Below, piece after piece: positions 40,501 through 51,700 of a stretch of DNA of 64,000 nucleotides (positions are counted from its first letter, which is position 1; each line of letters opens with the position of its first letter). Both the position numbers and the translations under genes were made by a program. The notes under the pieces are model-generated. The model did no database searches. It was not told where the DNA came from and saw only the letters and a program-made list of their open reading frames with translations. Origin of the DNA: Phoronis australis (taxonomy: Eukaryota; Animalia; Phoronida); NCBI GenBank assembly GCA_002633005.1, contig NMRA01000700.1, forward strand, positions 131,937 to 195,936, written 5' to 3'.

Positions 40501-43500
40501 GTGCGATCAATACGTGACCAAATATTGGTCCTTGCACATTGTCGATGTCTTGAAAACTTACTGCATAAAGCGGCTGAGCGATAATGGGTGGGAGCAATAA
40601 AGTCTTATTAAACTCAGATACGAAATCAGTAAAATGTCATATTATAACTAAAAATGTTTGAAGAAACAGTGAAATCGTTTTGCCATTTAGTCTTGTTTAT
40701 TTTGAAAACCATCGCAAGTATACCGGCCGCGGATAACTTTTTTATTCTTTCAAGACATTATACGCATACTTACAAGAAAAATGACATTGATAAAACGTTA
40801 AATCTAATAATAGAACTGACATTAGCATGGCACCATTTTCTGAAAATCTGTTTTGACCTGCATGAACCAGGTATGATTTTTTGGTTTCATCTGTAAATGA
40901 ATCGCCGCAAATTACTGACCCTTTGAAACAATGACACGGATTTTCAGAGAGAATTAAGAATACGTGGCTGTGGAAATCAAGCAAATGATTATGAAGTCGA
41001 AGAGCAGTGTGTTATTGCATCTGTTTGCTTGACTTTCAAAAATTTGTTTCATCCAGAGACCCATTATAAAAAACAAATATCTATCTTTTTGTCACAAATG
41101 TATCGACACTGTTTGTCTGAAATTGGACACGTTTAAGGTTTAATTCTTTAAATCATCAATGTGAACAAATACACGTACATTTATACTAATGTTCACGTTG
41201 ATGCATCCTAACTTACCACGTGCTAAAATTAACGTTAATCACCATGCACTTCTATTACTTATGTTTAAATCTAGTGTATCATTTCCATTGATTAAGTAGT
41301 AGTCCACAAGAACACCAGCCATCCAGCGGCAAGGTGGGAGTCAGCCGATTTTTACCAAATTTTGCACATACATGTAGGTAGCCCTATGGGATCTATAAAC
41401 AGCGGTAAATTATTTCCTTAAAATATTGCGTTTTTCCAAAGTTATAGGCTCAAACACATTTTACGGCTTCGCAGCCATGTTTTCACGGAATAAAAACTGT
41501 CCAGTTTTAATTGTTTATGTTTTCCCTTGAATGAAACCTATTGATTTATTATTGACTTGGCATTGTTTAGTGGTGCCTATAGATTGTTACACAGATGTTT
41601 TGAAACACGATTCCGATTTACCACCCTCATTTTGTAGTTTTACTACACTGCCCCCCATTATGCCATTTTGAGGTGGTGTTCAGTACACTGCTGTACCAAA
41701 TCTGCCCCCCCCCCTCCTGCTATGAGAATGAAACTTAGCCAAAATGCTGACAAAACATGTTACTTTCATTGCATCAAATAAAAACTTTGTCAGCCAGTTT
41801 ATACTAAAATGAGAAATTTTCATATATCTGTGATCGATGCGTTAGCACCGTAAAATCCGATTGTCCTTTATGTTCTTCGACATTTTGCAACAAGTTAGTT
41901 CCTCCTGAATGTTTTGAACGTTTTACTACTTACCACTTAGGGCTATAGTACCCCTAAATACCATACATGGCTCCATTTTGTAAAAAGCCGATTATGTCCT
42001 CCACAGTGAACAGGGTTAGATATGAACTTGACAAATTTAGGTTATTTTGATTTACAGTTGTTATACCTTGCAATTTCCTCATGGCTATTTCTTCACACAT
42101 ATTCAAGTCAGATTTTATGTTGATCAAATGTTCATGCAATGCATTTAAATTAATGATAAGTTTGGTGGCATGACCGCAATTTTTCCCACGACTTCAAACA
42201 AAAGACCGCAGAAATTTTCCTGACGAAATACGGGTTTGCAGTTTTCTAAAAACATTCGAATGACAAGACAAACTCCACCACTGTCCGTGGCAACTCGTCG
42301 CATGTTTTTCGCCCATCGGTCCTATCGTTGTTTTCCTTTGTTGTGTCATTGTTGGATATAACAACACATGTCGCATGGATATAGAACCTTGCGTACATCA
42401 GACCGTTGCCGATAAGTGCTCGTCATTATCTTTATTATAACAACGGGAACAATGAAGGTGCTAATCTATTGTTCTCTATGCGACCACGTTTCCCGTGGAT
42501 GACCACTTAAGAGAAATCCCAAAGTATCCACAAACAATGACCACGCACCTTAGTAACTATTACCGTGGAACCTAAACACCAAATTTTTACATCCGTGTAT
42601 TGTGTTGTATTGCTCATGGTACGGGTTCAGACTCCCTTGTATTAAGATTCCAATCCCCAACACTGTAATACTGTATGTAGTTTGAGTAAAATTTCTAGAC
42701 AATGCAGGTTTATGGATTTATTTTCCTTTAAGTGAAGAGTGAAAATCAAATTCTGCACAGGTTTTTTAAAAGTAATCACTTATTGGAAGATCGCACATCT
42801 AAAAAATAAAACAATGTTTGACAATTTTATTTATTATCTTAATATTTGAAAATTGTTTACTTCACAGACAAGTCATCTAAGTTGAAAGTATTCCTTGTGA
42901 AAAAATATAAAATACCAACCAGAGACTTGTGTACTCCAAAATATGTTTTCGTAATACAATGCAAAGATAACTGTACAGTCAAAAGCGCAGATGTTATGAA
43001 TGTAATAAAAAATTGCCTTCTATATCTTTTCAACACTCCAATTGCTACAGGACAGAGTCAACCACACAAAGCCCATAAAGTCAGGGAATTACATTTAAGA
43101 TGATGTAGTCTCACTGCGAAAAAATTGATTTCGCAATGTCGCTGACAACACTGGAAATATCTTCTTCACAAACTTGAGTTAGCTGTATATACCACATCAA
43201 CGTTCTTATCAAAACTAACCAACACAAAATGAAAAACTGGGTTGTCCGTTCCAAATAGGCAGCCTCTTTCAATGCATACTCCACTTCCTCTGTCCCAGTT
43301 TCCCCACATTTGCTGAGAGTGGCCTATCTCAACAAATTATTTTGGACCTGTTGTGGTATAAGCCAGTAATCGTTGGCAAATACTTTTCCCCCGAATCGTT
43401 CCTCATGCTGCAAATTCTCTTTGACATATCTTCTGGGAGTAGACTTTTCTGCCTCTCTCTAGACCCCTCACTTAGTTGTCCAGAAGGGTACCTTCTTGCT

Positions 43501-46500
43501 GCTTGTGAACTTTTCCATACCCAACCTTTACTAATAATGGACAGGTCTCCAACTTCAGCAGAAGCCACGTTTTCAGCATGAGCCTTTCCTGATTCCTAAA
43601 ATTATATTAATGAAAAACTAAAACATATTAAATTTAATATGGCCATTGCGGCTCAGAAAAATGAATACCAAGCTAAAATGAAGGCATCAATATTTTTGAC
43701 GACTTGAGCATGTTTAATTAACTTCATAATTGGCAGACATAACATACTCCATACTCTTTAAAAGTAGTTCATGGGCAGAAGTCATGTTACACATTTGGTG
43801 GTTGTTATGGAAGTTATGTTGACTACCTATTTTCTATGCCAATGTATACTCGTAGTTGCATAAACATCAACACATTTGAATAAGATATGATTAAGCAATA
43901 AGGTCCAAGTTATAAGCAATCACGGTGTGTCAATAAAAGTATTTTTGCATGAATGACCTGCTTCTAAATATTCCTCAGGGTCAGACCCTGGAGTTTAGTG
44001 ATTCCTACCTGAGCTCACACGAAGCAAGACGTTGAACCTTGACTTAACGTCTTTGCTCATGTTCAGACCTCTAATAAGATTTCTCCTCTACTGTGCGGTG
44101 GATGTACTCAGTGTCTTTGGCGACGCCAATATATCTCGAGTGTTGTAACGATGATTCGGGCAAGTGAATCTAATACGGTAGATTATGTAGCTCCTGCTGC
44201 ACACCTGCCTCCTAGGCAGACACTGAGACAGACTACTCCTCAGGAGTACACGTTCAACCTCCACATCAGCTCCACTTACTCTTATAAGGTGCTCAAATGT
44301 CTCGCTCTGTTCCTTGTACATTTCCCAAGAGTTTCCAAAGTTGTTTCTCTCCGCAATTTGTAGAAATACCACATTCGTTGCGACTGGCAGTGCCAGATAA
44401 GTAGATAAATTCGCAAAGCCTCACATTAGGTCAGCCATCATTCAACTAACTCATTGTTAGCTTTAGTTTGGTATTCAGAAGAGTTGGATGAACAAATTTA
44501 GTATAATTTCATACTTCAGTGGGAAACTTCTGGTGTCCCTAAAATTAATTAAACACATTTAAGCAAACCCACTCCTTTTAATTGTTGTATTATACCACGG
44601 CATATTAATGCGTAGAAACGGCGAACAACTAGTGACTGGTTTAACCTGAGAAATACACATACGCTCTCTGAAAACAGTGAAATTCAGACACCTATTACAA
44701 AGCCTGTCTGAAAGGCTGACAAAGTTTTTATTGTATTAATTTCAAGGACATGGAGTCTTCTACATGTCCATGTTATTATTTTTAGTTTTCTCGCGGGGGC
44801 AGCTTCGCTATAAGGGTACAACTTACTGCTGGTTTTTCACAAGAAGGAAATGCACCTCCACGGAAACAGTTCCAGTGTTACCATGGTAACCGATATTGCA
44901 GTGTCGGTGCCGTTTTTACTGACATTGGTCATGAACCTATCATGTGATATCAAAATTGTTCAGAAACNNNNNNNNNNNNNNNNNNNNNNNNNNNNNNNNN
45001 NNNNNNNNNNNNNNNNNNNNNNNNNNNNNNNNNNNNNNNNNNNNNNNNNNNNNNNNNNNNNNNNNNNNNNNNNNNNNNNNNNNNNNNNNNNNNNNNNNNN
45101 NNNNNNNNNNNNNNNNNNNNNNNNNNNNNNNNNNNNNNNNNNNNNNNNNNNNNNNNNNNNNNNNNNNNNNNNNNNNNNNNNNNNNNNNNNNNNNNNNNNN
45201 NNNNNNNNNNNNNNNNNNNNNNNNNNNNNNNNNNNNNNNNNNNNNNNNNNNNNNNNNNNNNNNNNNNNNNNNACCCCCCCCCCCCCCCACCACCTTGCCG
45301 CCTGTTGGCTGTACAGTGGTCGGTGGTTCCGTGGACTTATACTTAACTGAAAACACTACCTTATTTAAGTCTCTCTAGCCCGCTTAGTAGACTTTAGCAA
45401 AGAATTTTCAAGTTTTGCTCCAACATTCTGAGGGTTGTCCGGTGTTCCATGGTATGATTTTTGTTATTTCATCAAGCGGAAACTAGGTCACATTCCTCAT
45501 AAAATACTACTTGGGATGAAGGTGCTGCTCCAATAAACCGTGGCGAATTAAAAGACAAGACTAGAGAAATTATTCCCATCGTGTGACAGCAATGGACTTT
45601 GCGCGTATTTAACTGGGATTCATATCGAAAATAGTGACAACAACCCCTTTGCCAAGATTAAATATAATTCTTTAAAAACTATATGATAATTGGTATGATC
45701 TATACCCTAATTTAATTTCTCCGGTGCATTGTAAGCCCTGATGAAGGAATAAGTGTAAACTAATTGAACAGCGTGGTCAATGCTGAAAACCACGTTTTAC
45801 TTTAGGAGACGTTGAGTGAAAAAGTCAAATTTTCACACTGAATACATACAAAAATTTAGACAAAAACTACTATGGTTGAATCAAATGACCTGAAACGATG
45901 CAATTTGAAATCAATTACATTTACTAAACAGATATGTAAATTTGAAGTATCTAGCTAAAAATCTTAGCTTGCAATCAATGTCTTGACCTACTGTTTCGGA
46001 TTAGATGGTCGGTTGCATACAATATTGACATGTATGCTAACACAAGAGTGCTGAAATTCCTCGAAAAATATGGGAGAAATGTTGACAAATTGGTGTACAC
46101 ATGCACTCAATTGTATTATCTTGTTGATAGTTTCACACACACACACACGCACACGCACACACACACAACAACAACAACAACAACACACATAACAGATAAA
46201 TTCATATCAATAATTGTCGACTAGTACAGAAAAATGTATCAATAGTTCATAATTGTCTCTTCGTCCAAGCACAGCTAGAGTATTCCTTGTATAGCTTGTC
46301 AGCTTCACAGTACACCGGTTTGGGTTGACTGTTTCGCATATGACTTGTTCCCCAGTTATGCGTTTACTTCACCAGTCACCAGTCACAGTTCATTTTTGTC
46401 ATGATTTAAAACATACGGCCACTTGGCAATTCAACCGGTTCAATTATGAAGTAAATGAAAGGACGACCATCCATAACAAACTACAGCAAGAAATAAATTC

Positions 46501-47305
46501 ACGACATGAAGGAACCTAAAGGCCTCCGGATAACACTCAGGGTAACTCAAAAACCGACCGACATGTATTAAGAGTAGTTACCTGTTCAAATATACGATAA
46601 CGAATAAGTTGATAACAAAATCATGTGCAAAGTCGGACACCATGGATTGAAACAACCAAGCAATACCTAAACCAGTTTCAAACAGCTAGGTTTTTCACTA
46701 TAGAACAGCAGTTTGTTTGATTTCTATCAATGTTTTACGCATATACATGTATGATGTGCTAGAGCAGTGTACAGCTTTTCTATGTTCTTAAACTTTGGTT
46801 GTGAGAAATGATGATGTTTCAAAAACATTCGTAAAAACTCGAAGTTTCTCATGCACAACCGTGATATGTTATTAGAGGGACAGAAATATGATGTGGCTGC
46901 AACATTTTATGATTTTAGTATAGTAACCTGTGAACTGATACGGTGTTCATTGTTCTTGTTGCAGATCACGATCTCAGCGTCCGTGTCGCTGAAGGATGTT
47001 ACAAGATACAGTTACATTATTGGGATTTTTCTGATGAACATTTTGACCTTACACATGGCCAGCATATGGACCAAGATCTTTGCAAGAACAGATGTAGCAA
47101 AAAAGGAAAGCCGATATCCGTGATGTGGGAAGATGGGGGATGCAAATGTGGTAAAAAGGTGCCTAATCACAAGGCGTATCTAAGGGATGAGGAGTACTGT
47201 AATCTGCCTTGTCCCGGGAATACAACGCAAAGGTGTGGAGTAAAAAATCATGCTTACGTCATGTCAACCATTAGTACCGATTTACGTTCACCAATTGTAC
47301 CGTAA
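26688..47305 (+). CDS. Gene B: secreted triple-WSC-domain protein, join(26688-26721,33749-33790,37629-37958,39765-40052,46965-47305), 344 aa
   Basis: GT-AG phase-1 junctions, open joined frame (1035 nt), signal-like MKNNLARIGSLGALPFVIVLISACQG|F. Three WSC domains each match the same-numbered domain of gene A (KCWNVD in domain 2, AEGCY in domain 3). Confidence 0.87.
27100..29165 (+). mobile_element. Cluster of Helentron-associated non-autonomous (HINE/DINE/pearl-like) elements
   Basis: Repeated 5' hairpin ACTCTGCGC-GTGTAA-GCGCAGAGT, then (TTATTC)n microsatellite, then diverged core repeats (GGTCATTTGGTGCAAAGGTCA), and a 3' subterminal GCGCAGAGT at ~28828. Starts at ~27103, 27177, 27452, 27522, 27579, 27636 and 28863. 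Confidence 0.7.
29210..29329. repeat. (TG)n compound microsatellite
   Basis: Direct inspection. Confidence 0.95.
30226..30510 (+). mobile_element. Partial copy of family A TIR element
   Basis: CCTCGACCC..GGCAATAGATGTATC..GTGGTTAAAACAGAAA..CTATCGTTGTCA matches ~61356-61590. Confidence 0.65.
30560..31260 (+). repeat. Dispersed repeat family B, copy 1
   Basis: Reverse-complement match to 36400-37115 (e.g. GAAACTTCAGCGAAGCCCAAAAGTAGCGGCCTG vs CAGGCGGCTATTTTTGGGCCTCGCTGAAGTTTC). Confidence 0.75.
31891..31955. repeat. Perfect 27-bp inverted repeat (65-nt hairpin)
   Basis: TCAGAGGTAATAAGAAAAAGGTAACAA (31891-31917), 11-nt spacer, then TTGTTACCTTTTTCTTATTACCTCTGA (31929-31955). Confidence 0.95.
33749..33790 (+). 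CDS. Gene B exon 2 (GALPFVIVLISACQ-G; signal peptide)
   Basis: TTATTTACAG acceptor, AG|GTATGT donor, 42 nt, phase 1-1, hydrophobic. Confidence 0.75.
36400..37115 (-). repeat. Dispersed repeat family B, copy 2 (inverted)
   Basis: Reverse complement of 30560-31260 in several blocks (e.g. GGCGTTG(T/C)AC(G/A)TGCGAAT(T/G)TACTCCACCA). Confidence 0.75.
37485..37600. repeat. (TG)n compound microsatellite just upstream of the gene B exon 3 acceptor
   Basis: Direct inspection. Confidence 0.93.
37629..37958 (+). CDS. Gene B exon 3, WSC domain 1
   Basis: CTTTCCAG acceptor, G|GTAAGT donor, 330 nt. ACY..TPEYCVKTC..GVQNGNECWCGN..C..CLGNQNLFCGG. Confidence 0.92.
39765..40052 (+). CDS. Gene B exon 4, WSC domain 2
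   Basis: CCTCCATTTTAG acceptor, AG|GTAAAT donor, 288 nt. KCWNVD..FCRQLC..YAATENGRICRCGD..CNKRCSGDTKSTCGG. Confidence 0.9.
44090..44372 (-). mobile_element. Possible gypsy gag-like remnant
   Basis: NSWEMYKEQSETFEHLI..ERVLLRSSL weakly resembles the W..Y.EQFE....LL..L N-terminus of Ty3/gypsy Gag. Confidence 0.3.
44968..45272. other. Assembly gap (N run) in intron 4 of gene B
   Basis: Run of N. Confidence 0.99.
46965..47305 (+). CDS. Gene B exon 5 (terminal), divergent WSC domain 3
   Basis: TTCTTGTTGCAG acceptor. AEGCY..MDQDLCKNRC..GCKCG..YCNLPCPGNTTQRCG..VP*, stop at 47303-47305. Confidence 0.9.
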
Positions 47306-48059
47306 TCGTATAAATTGCATCAGTATTTTTAGTAATGACATGGAATTATGACTTAGTGAGTATAATATGAATTGAAAAAAGTCCAGCGCGTATGCTTTTT
47401 GACATAGGAAAGGCGATCCTGCATTAAAAGTGGCGAATATAGACTAAATTGCATTATTCAAAGTGGTTTTCTGTCACTGAAACAGGTTATTTTATGATAT
47501 CTTGTAAACAATTTCTCAAACCACTGCCCATTAGATTCTACTTTCAAAAAACGTTCTGTGGACTGCTCATCGTGTCGACGATTTCCCCCAAAAGGCAAAA
47601 CATGTCTCTTTGTTTCATGTGAAAAAAAAAACAAAGACGTAGCTCGTTTCCCTTGCCTGTAAACAACAGACTAATGCTCATGCTTCATTAGTATATTTCA
47701 ATACCTGCGAAGTTGTAAATAAATGCACGCCCAACAGAGGACGGGGGTGATTGCCCCCCCCCCCCCCCCCCCCCCCCNTATTTTTATCCATGCATCCTCG
47801 ACACAGAGATGGTCGATGAAGACCAACTAAGTCTGGATCAGTCAGGGGTCTTAAGCCAAAATTTATTTTACTTCTTTCTTAAAAATAAACAGACGTGAGG
47901 TTAAAGCATAATGAAATGGTGTCGGTGTAAAGCGCGGTAGTTAACAGATCTTTGTCCGTTTGACTGTTTGTCTCTAAATGACAAAGCCAACATGCATTTG
48001 GTACCAAGACACTACATGGAATGATGACGGATCAATAATAACTATCAAGATGCATGGCC

Positions 48060-48375
48060 CACTTGCATCAGGCACTGGACTTGAAAACTGGTTCAAATCA
48101 CTCGTGACAAACATACTTCTTTACCATAAGCTACATTGACTACATCTTCCTCATCATGCGGTTGAAGGTTGCTGCAGAATTTACCAGACCGAATGGCATC
48201 TGTACGAAGTTGTAACAACCACTTGTCACTACAAACGAGGTCTTGGGTCGTAATTCTTTGGCGACAAGGACTTGCCAGTATCCATTACAAAAATCGATTT
48301 TCGTAAAGTACTGGTACTTATTGATCTTTGCCGTGATGTCATCAGGACTGCCCATCGGTTCCGAGTCGAACTTGC
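48060..48375 (-). mobile_element. Ty3/gypsy reverse transcriptase fragment
   Basis: YFTKIDFCNGYWQV....RPKTSF....GCYNFVQMPFGLVNSAATFNRMM is the RT core. Confidence 0.9.
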
Positions 48376-48612
48376 AAGCGCACATAAGTTGAAGGGAAAT
48401 TACAAACTCTGTAGTGACTACAGTGTTCTTCCTTCGCGCGAATTTCAAAAGGCGTGGATTTTGTGATAATTTCTGGAAATGCCTTCACAGTGGAAACTGA
48501 ATAACTCTGTAGTGAGATAGTTCATGTACATCTACTTTTCCAATTGGAATATGACAATCTATGTACAGCGCTATTCATAGCAGCGGGAATGAAAGTATCA
48601 ATTGTCCATCTG

Positions 48613-48762
48613 GGCTGAGTTGCATAAAGCTTCAAAAGTTATCCGCTGGATAAGTTTGATTGTTGCATGACGTCAGGTGCATTGTTCAACAATAACAACG
48701 TGACGCGAGATAATGCGACGTCATTGTTGTTATACGGCGTATAACTATTATGCAACTGGGCC
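48613..48762. mobile_element. PIF/Harbinger-like MITE
   Basis: TIRs GGCTGAGTTGCATAA / TTATGCAACTGGGCC, flanked by CTG on both sides (48610-48612, 48763-48765). Confidence 0.65.
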
Positions 48763-51700
48763 CTGATGTCACAATGTTTTAGTGGAGCTCCAGGGTAGCC
48801 AAAGTCACGTGTTTACAATTACAATACTCGGCAATATAAAACTCACGTGATCTCGAAGTCCTAGTGTTACAGAACGGGAGGCTGATTTACGTAATTCATA
48901 GTTCTGTTATGTTAATCAGGACAAGGGCAGCCAATCAGGGTGCAGGAAAGTCCTGACGCTACAACTAATCGCCATCGTAGCCCAGACATGTTCGTTAATA
49001 AAGCAAGCCGGTTCGTTACAATGATATTGCGACACTTACACTGCATGTTAGAAATTTTCGAAGAACTAACAAGGAAAAGTGATTGACATAATCCTAAATA
49101 TCGTAGTAAAATTCATAATCAGGTGATCCCAAAATATACCCACTATCTTTTGCCTCGGATTAGCAAATGAAACAGTGTAATAAGTTCCGCTTATCAATGT
49201 TTAGTAAACTTATTTTCGTCTCTTGACCCGTACCAGGTGAGATTTATGAGAAAAAAAAACTCAAACGTTCAGAGCAAATATTGGCAAGTGTAATGTACCA
49301 CCCAAAAAGACCATACCATGTACCTATGTCCCAGACCACCAACCGTCTTCACCAAATATCTACACACATGTATTCAAGTGTTGTGTTTCGACATTTTCAG
49401 TTGACCTTTTTTACGGGTGGTGAAATTCGATACTTGCACAATCATTTGGGATACATGTCCACCCAATCTGGCATCCAGAGAGCGTCGACAATTATTGTAT
49501 AAGCTGGTAGTTGGTTTCGGATAGAGACTACCTGCTAATCTTTTAAGATAATCTGAACACCTGCTTAACTGCCAATTTATGAAAGCACCAAATGTTCGAC
49601 TGTAGGATCTCCAAATCAGATCTTGAAAAAAAGGGTTCATACTTCCTTGAGAGAATGCTTTTAAAAATTTCTTTAAAATTTTTTGGTCATCATTTTTGAG
49701 CATCATGAATATTTTGGCCCAAAATGGACCATTGTTGGTCCCTAGCCTCAGTTAGTGAAGTAGTTTTAAAACAGCTTGAAATAACGGGAATGAAAAAAAA
49801 ATCTCCATAATTGTATGTAGAGATTGAACCTGTCTATCAGAAGACAGTCTTTGCATGTGCAAATGGGTTTCCGTTAATATTCATTGGCGTGCCAAAACTC
49901 TGTACCAATTTTTGTTTATGATTTTAGCCATTTTTGAAAGGGCGGAGGCAGGATTTTAAAAAGGTGGTCGGGTAAAATATTTTTCAAAAAACGTGTCGAA
50001 GTCAACAATTCGATATCATTAAAATCAAGGGGAAAAGGAGGGTCCGGAACCCCTTGATCCCTCAATCCGCTAATGTTTGATGTGCTCTGGGAACCAGTTT
50101 GCGGGATACTGGTAGTTCCAAATATTTTTTTTTTATTAGTGAATAAAACTGAATAAATCAAAGATGGACTTTTTGTTTCCAAGCACAGTCGGTACAAAGC
50201 ACATGCCATCACTTATTTTACAGTCCTTGGCTACAGGCATTTAGCAGATATACCTCGCAATCCTCAGTTTATTAATTTTTGCAAATGTGTTTCTGTGGTG
50301 ATGAAATCGGTCGACGTCAAATTTTTGATAATTCGGCTACTGTTGGCCCCCTGGTGGCAATTTCTATTATGATATTTCTTGGGTGAAATGTCATGAAATT
50401 TGAGCAAAATGTTTCTACACAGGAAACGATGCCGATGTTTTCTAATGATTTTAATCTGCGCCGTCCCGTCATGTGACAATTAAAGCATTTAGGAAACCCT
50501 CTAACCACTGCCCCCCACGTCAGATGCTAACTGAACTGACTGTGGCCCGGTAACATTCAGCTTATCACCTACCGAAAACAACCGCACCTCATGTACTATC
50601 TCTTTTTTTGTCTTTCCTGCCCTTGAAAATCAGGCTTCAAAGCAGGGTTTTATTTTTTTCAGCTCATTATTCCGGAAAAAATGTTCACGGTAGATCAGTA
50701 TTGACGACAATTCAGGAACGTAGGAAGCAGGGAGGCGGGGGCACGGGCCCCCAAAAATTTCAGGCGTCTGGGTTAAACCGTGACAACCAACAGAGACGTG
50801 GTGCCGGGGACAGTCGAGAAAAGAAAGACTGCAAAAAACGGATAAGAGAGAAAATTCAAGAGAACATTCAACAAATCTGCATCAGTGCATGGTTTACTTT
50901 TTGAGGACCCTGGCCAGGACACTGTCGTTAGGATCTTCGCTTTTGCAGCACAGGTCGTCTAAACGCACACATATATTTCAAAAATTGAGGAAATTTGTAA
51001 AGCGAAGATTTGCGGAGGCTACTAATTTTCTGGATGTTTTGCGAATGCAAAACTATATTTTTCCAGAGGCCCCTCTCTGGCAAGGGATAACGGAGACAAC
51101 TATCGCTTTATATTTTTCTAGAAACTACATATCACAAAAATTGAAGATCTGTCAGATAACATCAATTGCTGCGCATTTCATGATATCTGAAAAAATAGAT
51201 ACTTTCATATTTAGGTGCCTTGAATCAGGCCATTGATAACATTCACGTGGCCATCTTTTTGTATTTTTATTGACAAATTCTTAAGGGGCCGCACACGGAG
51301 AGAGGCCCCAATGTTGGAATCGATTACCTTTGCCTTCTTGTTTTTGTGAAATCGTGCTTTTATGTTGAAGGAGGTCACTCCCTGCATCGTTTTAGGACCA
51401 CACGACGGTGCAATGAATTGCCACTTTTTTCCAAGCTTAAGAATATTTATTCTTTATCTTAAGGCGTTCCTTTCAGACGGCACCCCTCTCGGTGGAGCAG
51501 TTCGGAGTAAATGTCCCATTTTTAATTAATAATCCACTGGTTCCACCTGCCGCCCCGAAGTGCTGTACCAGAGGGTTCCAGTTCAATCCCGTCCTGCAGC
51601 CATTCTATTATTGCTTATGAATTTTTGTAATTACATCACGTTTCGTCTCTTATAGTTGCTAAACGTAAATTGAAACTTGAGAACGTTCTAGAAACCATGT

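Larger units (their letters stand above)
41300..45338. mobile_element. Decayed TIR DNA element (Academ-like termini) spanning an assembly gap
   Basis: Left end TAGTCCAC..CAGCCA..GCGGCAAGGTGGG (41300). Right end CCACCTTGCCGC..TGGCTG..GTGGACT (to ~45338). The same terminus recurs at 63934. No matching TSD seen, so the two ends may belong to different copies. Confidence 0.55.

Noticed and set aside
45737-45790. CTGATGA box suggesting a second hammerhead
   Set aside because: No stem II closing onto a GAAA box and no cleavage triplet in register.
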